Part shown: piece by piece, positions 1 through 10,453 of the stretch
Layout: the number at the start of each line of letters is the position of its first letter
How positions within the stretch are numbered: position 1 is the stretch's first letter
From: Mesotaenium endlicherianum
Lineage: Eukaryota
Direction: 5' to 3'
Assembly (NCBI GenBank): GCA_009602735.1
Contig: WELA01001939.1
Coordinates: 798,629 to 862,628 of the forward strand
DNA: 64,000 bases
Position numbers and translations under genes: made by a program
Notes under the pieces: model-generated
What the model was told of the DNA's origin: nothing
Seen by the model: only the letters and a program-made list of their open reading frames with translations
The model's database searches: none

Positions 1-50
<50 letters not shown>

Positions 51-57
51 CTCATAC

Positions 58-3000
58 CTTGAAGGAGATGATCTCGTAGGGCTCGGCGGCAAACAGCAGG
101 AACTGATACGCCTTGTTCCACGGCTCCACTTTCTGCACACACACACTCCCGCCCCGCCCCGCCCACGCCCCTCCCAGCATCAGCATCAGCATCAGCAGTA
201 GCAGCACCAGGCAACCCCTCAAGAAATTAAAGAGCCCACTCTCCACGCTGTGCAGACAGAAGCCCCCAAAGCAGCCTCCCCGCTTGCTTGTTGAAAGCCC
301 CTGCATCACTAATCTGGTAACCTGCGCAACCCCATTCTGTCTATCTCCCTCTCCGCCTGCCTGCCTGCCTGCCCGCCTACATACATGCATGAATGCACTC
401 TGCCCTACGCACTCTGCTTTGCACTCGGCTCTGCTCAATGCTGCCCTGGTCTGTGCCCGCCTACCTGCTCGTAGGAGGACATGAAGCGGTGGCGGGGCTT
501 CGCATTCTCCTCGATCTCCGGGTACTCCACCTGCGTGCACGCATGTCACCCGTCACAGGACAGGAACGTGTTAGCAGCCAGGCCCATTCCGTCCACCAGC
601 AGCCAGTCCGCCACCAGTCAGGCAGTCAGGCAGTCTGCTCAGCCAGTCAGCCAGTCAATCAGTCAACCAGGGTGCCAGCCCATTGGCAGGGCAGTTTGCA
701 CAATCAGAAGGCTATATGTGAACCAGTCAGGCAATCAGTCAGCCAACTCCAGCACACCTGCAAGCAAACAGTGCCACGTTGGGCAACGGCGGGAGGGGGG
801 GCAGGCAGGGGCGGAAGGGGGCTTGTGATTAAACCTCAGCCAAGCACCGCCCCGACGTGATGCTGACAGCTGGAAACGAGCTGCACACGAGGGATGAGAC
901 CAGGTACGGATGAATGCAACTGACCTCGAACAGCAGCGAGCGCTGATTGGTCGCGTGGTCGTACTGCTTTGTCACGCGGTACCCCGGCCGCCCGATCTTG
1001 ACTGCGCACTCGCACCAACGACACTTGCACACAATCAACCAACGACCTCCCACCAAGACACTCGCGCACACTCGCACCAACGACACTTGCGCAAACTAAA
1101 ATCACCAGGACTGCAGACGCACTCCAAATTCCAACACCAGCACGCGCACACTCGCACCGACACTCGCACACACTCAAACCACCAGGACTGCAGACGCGCT
1201 CTAGCTTCCAACACCCGCACGCGCACAATCGAACCAATGGCAATCGCACGCGCGCACACAGGCCAAGGGGCACGTGCACACGCGCAGGCACTCGTCAGCC
1301 CCCCGAGGGAAGTCACACCCTCTCAAAGCGCCGCAGAATGGACCCGCCTAGCAAGCAAGCGAGTGCCAGGAGACAGCCATGTGGCACGAGCTGCGTGCCA
1401 GCCACACAGCCAGGTGGCGGCAAAAACTGGCCTGCAGCGTCCGATAGGTGTCATACGGCAAGACCAAACAAGACCACGAGGGAGTGTCGACCACCGTCTA
1501 CAGGAAGGTCAAGCAGACACACAGTTCAGCACTCCCAAGAAGATGCACGCGGTTGCCACCATAAAAGCTCAGCAAGCCCAAGGGAGAAAGAGAGAGGCAG
1601 AGAGGGAGCAGAACTGCATGATTGCAACTAATCAACAGCTAGAAAAGCCCGTCCGACGTTCTCAGGGGCGAGCAAGCAAAAGCAATAGTGGTATTCCACT
1701 GACGCTCCACCCCCAGCACACGTACACCCTCGCACTTTCTTCTTCCCTCTCCTCCCCATCTCAGCGCCCTCCTCCCCCTCCACCCCAATACCCAACCACC
1801 CATCCCCCCCCCTCCCCTTCCCCCAACCCACATGGCAAGCGAGCCACCGAGAGAGCAACCCCCAAGGCGCCTGAGTGCACACCTAGGGGCAGCTTAGGCT
1901 GGTGCATGTATGTAGGCTAACGGAAGAGACGCGGACTAGGGTGCGGTGTTGCATACACAGCTTCTTACAGAAGGTACAGCCACCCCGAGAGCTACCTGCC
2001 CCGGGCCTGCTGTCTGGACTGGGGGCGCTGCTCATCTGTGGAGTCTGGGGAGAGGCCCCCACTCGGCAATGCTCATCGAGAGGAGAGGAGAGGAGAGGAG
2101 GAGGAGAGGAGATGGAGTTGCAAGCGGAGACCATGAATCGCCATCCAATGCTTCGGAAATTTCCCCCAGCGCGTGAGCGAGGCGGCATCAATAAGGAAAC
2201 AAACAAGCTTCCGTGCAGTGGGGGCAGGCAAGCACTACGGGGGTTAGTAGCGCTACATCCAAAGAGCCCGTAGGTTGATTACGACTGCCACCTAGGCTAA
2301 GGCCAGAGTGGATTCGGACGACGCATCAAAAGGAGAAAGCAGAGGGGCTGAGAGGGCCACTGCCAAAACCCTGAGGTGCGAGTGAGTGGCGTGTGTGAGT
2401 AGGGGCAGCGACAAAATTGCCATGCACCATCTAACGAGCAACTACGCTCGCCTTGCTGCACGCAGACTCTCCCTTCCCCACCTCTGTCCCTCCCTTTCTC
2501 CCTCCCTCCAACCTCCCTCCCTCTTCCCTCACTCCCTCCCTCCCCCCCTCAACACCCTGATCCCGTTCCATCTCTCAGCACTGTCGAGTTGAATACTATA
2601 GGTCTGATAGGTCTCATGGGCTGGTACATTGGAGGAGAAGGAGGAGGGAAGGAGGAGGAGGAGCAGGAGTTGAAACTGAAAGGCAAGTCAGGAAGGGGCC
2701 GGCACCTGTCCTGCGGACGTTGACCTTGCGCCTATTGGGCTGCGGCAGCGCCGGCGCATCCTTGGCCTCCCTGGCCGCCCGCTTCGCCAGGTTGGTCTGG
2801 TGGCGCTTGCCCTGCGTGTGCGCCAGGTAGTTGCCCTCGTTGTTGTGCAGCGTCAGGCACAGCTTGCACTCGTAGCTGCAGCCACAGCAGCACCAGCACC
2901 AGCAGCAGCCACACAAGCACGGAGGGGGCAGGCAGAGGGGGAAGAGAAGAAAGTAAGGCAAAAGTAAGGGCACTCGTAGCTGCACGAGCAGCAGCCATCA

Positions 3001-4491
3001 TGCACGGGCAGAGGAAAAGCCAAACAGGCAGGCCGAGGAGAAGCAAGGAAGTAAGGGCACTTGTAGTTGCGGCTGCAGCTGCAGCCACACGGGCGGAGGA
3101 AAGCAACAAGACCACTCGTAGCGGCACCAGCCAAGAGCAACAGAAATGAGGGCACTTGCAGCTGCAGCAGCAGCAGCCACACGCGCACGGCCAGGCAGGC
3201 AGGGGAGAAACAACGCAAATGGGGGCACTCGTTCCCACAAGCAACAGCAACAAGGGCACTCACACCCGTGCCACGGGCACACGCGGTGAGGCAGGCAGAC
3301 AAGAAGCAATGCAGATTGGGGCACTCATAGCTGCAGCAGCCACACACGAGCAGGAGGCTGAGGAGGCACATAGAAATTAAGGCACTCGTGACGCAGCAGG
3401 CCCACACACGGACGGACAGGCAGAGGAGGAAGCACACATGTATGTGTAGAACCAGTGTCCTTCAAAATACAGAACAAGGGGGTGAGACTGAGGGCAAACA
3501 GAGGAAACTATAAGAAGGAGCTGGATGCAGATGGCACTCCACGTTGAATCTGCTTTAAATTTCGAAGGTGGAAGATAAAACTGGATGTCGCATTCCACCA
3601 CATACTTTGGGGTTTGCTTTCTACGCTTGATAAACCAACATCATCAGGCGCTAAGGCACCTTTGCTTTGTAAATTCAGCAACATTTTACTCCTATAGATG
3701 AAAACCTAGTGTATGTCTCGTCGCCACACATGCAAACAAAGAGAGGGGGGTGAAAGCACGGCCCCTGACAAAAGCAGCGGTGCGCATTAGGCTCAGGAGA
3801 AAACAGTGCATAAGCCCGTCAAGTGTCCACACATGAAGGTAAGAGGCTTGTGAGAGTAAAACATGAACCCTCGCACATAAACCCTTAAGAACCACCCGCA
3901 AGACAGCCATGAGTAGAAACGTTATTCCCCACGCAAGAGCTTCGATATCGCAAGCTCCTGGCAAATCTTCACAGTACTGAGGTAGGAGAGTGCACAGGAA
4001 GATGCAAGTAGAAACTCCTGACGCATTTGACCCTGCTGGTCTTGTGAAGCCCACCCCTTTAACGGAGGACAAGAAAGGGGGTTCGGGCCCTAGGAAGCAA
4101 ATAGTGGGGCCACTGTAGAACCTCACCCAATTTATATGCCAAAGGCATTGAGGAGCTTCAAGGCTCAAACTCAACTCGTCCACAGCCTCAAAGACCATCA
4201 TGGACATTAAAAAGGTCAGCCCTCAAGCGGAAGCCTTACTTTCACTGATGGTGATAATTCATATAGGTGCTGCCAGTGAGAAGTAAGGAGGCAGCAAGGC
4301 ACCGTGTTCATGCAAACTGGCCCTAAATTTTTCACACACCTTCCCAGATGGTTGCGCATAAAGTATGGATCTTTCGCCAAGTCAATGGTCTCCAAAGCAA
4401 GCCTCCGAAGGCGCTCCCTTCTGTCAATGGCTTCATTCTGACCAGTGGCAGCCCCTCCACTCCCAGGCTTACTGCCGAAGTCCCGATCCAT
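58..4491 (-). CDS. SF3A2: Splicing factor 3A subunit 2 (SF3a66/SAP62/Prp11 homologue), 3'-partial
   Basis: Exons 4491-4340, 2875-2706, 1001-925, 530-465, 132-58, all GT-AG with consistent phases (2,1,0,0). Spliced protein MDRDFGSKPGSGG...RRERLRRLALETIDLAKDPYFMRNHLGSYECKLCLTLHNNEGNYLAHTQGKRHQTNL...VKIGRPGYRVTKQ...VEYPEIEENAKPRHRFMSSYEQKVEPWNKAYQFLLFAAEPYEIISFK carries the SF3A2 matrin-type zinc finger and conserved core. Continues beyond position 1. Confidence 0.97.
2960..3420 (-). repeat. Array of about 8 degenerate copies of the SF3A2 intron1/exon2 junction
   Basis: Sense-strand units resemble GTGTGGCTGC..TGCAG|CTACGAGTGC(CC); the true junction is GTGGCTGCAG|CTACGAGTGCAAG at 2875. Visible as repeated CSYECP-like peptides in ORF 2853..3437. 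Confidence 0.85.
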
Positions 4492-5063
4492 GACTACCAG
4501 CTAATATCAAATTCACGCCTATCTAGGCAAATAGCACGTAGACAGGTAAAGAAATCTTTTGATATGTCACCGAGTAAAGTCTCTGATAACCTCTGAAAGC
4601 AGTAAGAATACCTTGACACCACTAATCAGAGGAGAAGTGCACAGCGTCCTTCGCCACCGGTTATTCACACTAGCAACTAGAGGCTCCTCCTCCGTAGTGC
4701 CCAACTAACACCCTCCTATGACTATATGCCTCGGTGATATTTTCATACTATCGACTTAAAATGAAAAAGACGGAACTTTGAAATGAGCACGCAAATGTGC
4801 GGTGCATTGGAGTTTCATCTCGGCACTTTCGCCATAAAATGTCGTGTCGTGCGTCTTGAAACACACTTCAAACTCGTTGCTTTTCTAGCTTACAGGATCT
4901 CGTCTTTCCCAGGGTGCTCTATGTACATGTCCCAGGAAAAAATCCACCCACATTGATTACAAGCTTTTCGTGTTTCCGCAGGGCAGGGCTTTGAAGTTAC
5001 TATGCTGCGTTGTTTTTGCTTGCTATAAGTTACTCTATAGAAGTGGCCTTACGACTGGCAATC
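4492..5063. promoter_or_regulatory. Short divergent (candidate bidirectional) promoter/5'UTR interval
   Basis: 572 bp separate the SF3A2 ATG (4491, minus) and the NTF2-like ATG (5064, plus). A pyrimidine-rich acceptor-like TGTTTCCGCAG ending at 4981 suggests a 5'UTR intron in the plus gene. Confidence 0.5.
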
Positions 5064-8000
5064 ATGGCGGCTAGTCTTGCTTCTCTACATCATATAAATT
5101 TCGGTATGACGTCTACAGGCGGTCTCAGTAAGGCCCCAAGTTCAATCTCGAGAACAGGTAGAAATTATGTCTCTCTTCCACCAAGGAATCGCCAGAATTT
5201 AAAATTTCTAAAACAGGGATCGAAAGCTAGTCAAGAACTTTACTCTAGGCTACAATGCGCTGCTAGTAATGAGGATAATGTCATTGAGGAGGTGTTGGAC
5301 GCTGGCAGAGCTCAAAAGGTTTCATTGAGAGCTGCAACTGCTGTAGTTTCAGATCAAAGGCGTGGCGTGGCAGCAGATGTAGTGACGGCATTTTATGATG
5401 CTATCAATAGACGAGACATTGAAGGTGCCTTGATGTATATTGCTGAAGACTGCATATACGAAGATATGATTTACAGCAAGCCTTTCACAGGAAGGGAGGT
5501 AATACAGTGTCTTGATCTCCTTGTTTTCCCAAAAATAGGTTCTCAGGACGTCTGAATGCGCAAGCATGAGGGTGGCCTCTAATTATTGGCCTTGCACTCT
5601 ACAATGTGCAGACACCAAATGGCACGCAATTGTCTCTAGCAGACTAAGGCCAGCTCTTATTTGAGGTGGTGACAAATTTAAAGCCCTGCTCACTCTTTGT
5701 GCCTTACTAATCTTTGCAGAGTGGCATACTGCCAATTGTATGCGACGGCTCTATTAACTACATCCTTCTGGTCATGGCACTTCAAAATCTGTACCTTCTA
5801 GTGCAATATATGTGTTCTTTTCAAGCCAACACCTAGTAGAGTCTAGACTTGTGCCGGCATTTACTTTCGTTTTGCAATAATTTGTTGTCCAATCTATATA
5901 TTTAAGCCTGAACGCTGTCAACATGTCCCTTAGCTTTTGACAAGAAGGTTGGCGCCCACCTCAATCTTCTTATCTTTTAAAGGAGATATTGTCAGCTGAG
6001 AGATACTGTTGCTTCTTGAAAAGAGGAAGACTTGGATGGAGCAAAACATGCTCACTTGGTGTTGTTATTGTGGCTTACGTCGGATGGAGCCAGATGGGGG
6101 TAGTTTCTGAGTAAAATTTCGGCGTTTCAGTTTGTGATTGCAGGCCATTAAGAGCTTCTTCACCAAAGTTCTTAACCTGGTCCCTGAGGACTTTGTGTTT
6201 GTCATTGATGACATCAGCCCTGGGGATACTGTTGCAGTTGGCATGGTGTGGCATGCAGGTGAGCTGCCCATGTCCCTGCTTTTATTTCACTTGGCCTTTC
6301 GCTCTTTAAAGACCAGTCATTCCAAGGGGATCACAAATCTATAGGAGCAACGTGTGGTTCTTTGGTAACAGTTGGATATAAACAGGTTGACCTGTGTCCT
6401 CTCCTGTCGCATTGAGTAGGTGTACAAATTGCAGAACCTGCCTGCAGGTCTTTTCCTTCTAGTTCGCGCTTTCTTTCTCGCGGAAAATTTCCAGTCTTCA
6501 AGTTGGGCAACTGTGGGGGCGTGTATATTTGATTATTAGTGCCTTCATTACTGTTAGTAGGCTGAAAGCAAATGCTGCCAGTGAAGCTTCACATTTGAAA
6601 GAGGACATTCTATTGCTGATGCTAGGCTACAGGCTGCACTAGGGCTACTTTTCTTCCTCTCTTCTTATGTGTTCTATGCTGCTCTGCTTGGGAAGGGCTG
6701 CTCAATGTGCCGATTTATATGCACAGATTCTGCTTTTCTTTGCGCAAGTGGGTGATGATGCTGGTAACAAAGGCAGGCATATATACCTCGAGAAATTCAT
6801 GCCTGAAGGTCTCCGTAAGACTGTAGGGGGGAATGTTTGGTGCTTGTTGCGCTGTTTGCTAAGGCTTCCTGCGCTCAGTGCCACCAGTAATGGAGCACGA
6901 GGCATACCGACTGTCTCATAGGAGGCGTACATCTTCACATGAGCTGGGTTGCATACATGTCTTTGTTTTAGATGTCGGTGGGTTGTTGATACGAGGAGGT
7001 AAGCTCTTGTTGTGAACAGTGGATCTGGGTTGTAAGCCCTCGCTGCCAGTTTCTCTCTGGTGGGTGCCTGTCAGTCGTCCCTGTGAAGAGTAACCTGCAA
7101 GAAACGCAATGACTTGGGGCTCGTCTCTTACCCGAGGAGTGCAGAAGTAGGAGGGAAGGCAATGCCATTCAGCCGGGGCTGCAGCTTTTATAGGTGTGAC
7201 ACCCAGGCCGACGGTTCCCTTCAGATTGTGTAAGTTGCGGCCCCCCTTCACACAGTTCACTACCTTAGCGTTTTATCCTGCTTTCTCCCTGTCTCTTCCT
7301 TTTCCTCTCGTCCAAATATTGCATGTGGGTTTTGAATCAGCAAGTTTGCTGAAGTCGGCTGCCTTCATGGTTTACCTCTTTATCATATGTAAGCACGCAC
7401 TGAGACACAGGAACACGTCCACCCTTGTGCTGAAACACGAGTAACAAGTCTTACTGCCTGCACCAAGCAACCATATGCCGCGTACCAGAGAGATGTGCGC
7501 GTGTATGTGTGTCTGGCCTAATGCACTCAGAGGGAGAGGAAAAGTGAATGAGATTGGCAACACCTTGATTCACTTGCTTGCATGCATCTGGAGCCTTTTC
7601 TGCTGGCTGGCAACTGCTGACTTTTCTGTATTTGACACTAATTTCTCCATCCATCTGCTTACCGGCGCTAAAACTTTGTGTTGAAGCTTTTGCCCAGAAT
7701 GACTCCTTGGGAGGTGCTCGCGAGCCCTAGAACCTATACCCAAAACTCTAAAACCAAATCTATTTAGTAAGGGGCACCTGCTCTGCAACCATATACTTTC
7801 TAGGCATGAAGCCTAGCTGGGCCTGTGAGTTTACAGCCGGCTGTTAAGGGTCCTGCGTGAGTACTCTGGGCTTCTTATTTATGATCCTTCGCAGTAGTGG
7901 CAATTGGAGTACTTCGACAGGCGATTAATTCTTAGCTTCCTTTCTCTTTTGGCCTCACTTGTCTCTGCAGCTATGGATGGGACACACCTGATTGAAAGTG

Positions 8001-8395
8001 TGTGACACGCAACTGACTTGAAGCGCGCTCCTCTTTTCCCTGCAGCTATGGACGGGACATACCAGAATCAGTGCCAAAAATGGGTGATGCTGCACTCGTA
8101 AGTGAAAGAAAACAAAAACCGTTCTCTGCTACGTAGCTTCTGGCCTTCATCCTTCTGCAGGAAACATGCAATATGATGGCAACGTCTGGTACAGATTTCT
8201 CTTGCAATGTGTTAAATTAGACTTCTACGTTTGGGCAGTAAAATATGAGACTTGGAACGACAAAACAGCAAGGCCTGTGTTTTTTATTGGCTGTGTGGGG
8301 TAATGTAATACCGGAGAGCTGAGAGAACTTGCCTGTTTTTGTCAATGCAGGTAATTCTCAAATACGCGAGTATGCTACTCAAGCGCATCTCATGA
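5064..8395 (+). CDS. NTF2-like / SnoaL-like domain protein, probably plastid-targeted
   Basis: Exons 5064-5498, 6144-6258, 7145-7229, 8046-8097, 8351-8395 (phases 0,1,2,0; TGA at 8393-8395). S/R-rich N-terminus, then VVTAFYDAINRRDIEGALMYIAEDCIYEDMIYSKPFTGREAIKSFF...FVIDDISPGDTVAVGMVWHAEVGGKAMPFSRGCSFYRC...IVYGRDIPESVPKMGDAAL, matching the plant NTF2/SnoaL-like family pattern. Confidence 0.88.
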
Positions 8396-10453
8396 GCCAG
8401 AGACTCTCGAAATAAATCCAGGTTCCACATGGGCCTCCTTGGAGAAGGATTGCTTCTCAAGCTGGAGCGTCTTGCAAGATACTCATTAGGGGGGGCATAG
8501 AAAATACAATGATGGCAGAATCTTGTGGATGCTAATGTTCATTAGAGGTGTTGTTTTACATGATGTAAAAAGAAGTACCTCACTTCTTGGCAAGCATGTC
8601 GTTTGAATGTCATTGTCGTGTACCTTTGCACCACCAACTTTTCCATGTTTTGTGGCTTTCATGAGTGAAGAAATGGGTTAAGCTGTCAGTTGAAGGTGTA
8701 GGCGCGTTATCTCTGCTATTTCCAGCTTGCTGTTGAGTGCTGGCAGGGGGGGTGTCAAAAGTGGAAGAGCAGAGAGTAGCTATCAGCGCATCAGTGGGTC
8801 CTTGGGGAAACTACACATCCATTTGCCTTTACCTCAACGCAGCCCCACACATTAGGCTGGACATTTCAAACATTAAATAAAAAGTGCGACCTTGGTGGCG
8901 AAACAAACAAAAGTAGCTGTATGCAAAATGAAAGGAAAATACAGGTTGGGGTACGTTAAAGTTAGTGAAGTGCTGTAGGTGTAGACTGGCCCTGACTTTG
9001 TCCTTTAAGGTTCCAAGTTTCTGCATGCCTTCCAACATTCCATATAGAAGCAGCTGAGCAAGCTCCTTTGGCTGACCCGTTAGCCACTTGATCCTGCTGT
9101 ATCTCTTTGATTTGTTAATTTGATGATGAATGCCCAAAGTAAAGATGTAAACTTTAGCCTTGTTACAAGATCATGCCTGCAAAGGACCAAATGATATTTG
9201 CCGATGCTGCTAGCAAGAGTCCCACGTATATCGTGCACGGTGTTCTTTGTATCCTAAGGAGGAGCCAAATACCTGACATCTCCAAGTGGGGAAGTTTATG
9301 TGAACTTGATGTTGATGAAACTTGACCATGGATCACATTTGGATGTGTCATGTGCATCATGCACTTTTTATCCAGATGGTCTGATGTACTTCCTTGAAAC
9401 TCCTAGTCCAGTCCACTTAACGGTTTTCCTGCTGTTTGAGACCAGCACCTAAGCACGGGGAACGTTTGCAATGGCAGAGAGTTGAAGTTGCATGGCTTGT
9501 GTACAGCCCAAAGGGCGGTTTGGCGACCTTCACAATATAAGAGGAGCAACAGAAGCCAGCCTGGTGGTACACCTGGCCCACTAAGGAGGTTATAACAGAA
9601 AGACAGAGGGGCAATTAAGAGGTGTTATAACAAGGTGCACCTGGCACTTGAAGGGCAAGCCCCTCCTTCGCCAGTGACATGCCCTTTGATAGGCTTCCAA
9701 AAAGCAGCCGTGCATACTTAGCTTACGAGTGTCTACTTTGTGCCTTTTCAAGGGGAAGATGTTGAAAGAGCGAGTATCGGCAAGGAAGCCTGCAAAATCA
9801 AAATTGCACAAATGCTATGGTACTGGAAATAACAGCAACTCTAGAAACAAAAAGGAGGCGAGTGCTGTGTATATCTGTGACACTGTGTGAGAGTGGTCTG
9901 CATGTTCCGTGGTTAAGGAAGGGGTCTCGGCGAGGAGGCTGAGGGCGCATGCAAGGAGACGTCTAGCTGCAAGCATCTCAATGCTCAGACATGCTCACCT
10001 ACACGGAACATGTGGAATGTGTAAGAAATAGTCGAGCGCAAGTTACGGGTCGCGCACATTTATTTGTTGAAACCTGTCGAACTATGCTCATCATACGAGG
10101 AATATCATGTGAGGGCGCACGAGGGCGCAGATCACTTGTGAAACTGTAAATGCTCGACAAGGTCTCAAATTGCTCCCACTTTGTAGGCAACACAGTTGAG
10201 ACTGACTCCACCCGTCTTAAAATGTCATTTATTAACTAGTGTGTACCTCACGAGCGCGAAACAGCTGGTTACGTCGTCTTTATATGAAATTTAGTAAAAA
10301 GTGTAGATCTTTCTAGCCCATATACCTACTTCTATCACCAAAAAGTGAAGACGAACTTAAGTTCACATGATTGATTGCAGTCCAGAAAGTGGTAGTATGG
10401 GGGCTTGGGCCTTTCATTACAGACCTTTGGTTGTGTTTCTTTACTAGTGGAGA

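Noticed and set aside
910..1920. 336-aa plus-strand ORF
   Set aside because: Antisense to SF3A2 exon 3 and intron 2; low-complexity translation of CA-rich intron with no domain.
2732..3437. Cys-rich ORFs resembling a metallothionein or keratin-associated protein
   Set aside because: Produced by GCT/GT-rich intronic repeats of the splice junction inside SF3A2 intron 1.
9100..9420. Minus-strand fragment DTKNTVHDIRGTLASSIG resembling a ubiquitin-like domain
   Set aside because: Too short, surrounded by stops, no supportable gene model.
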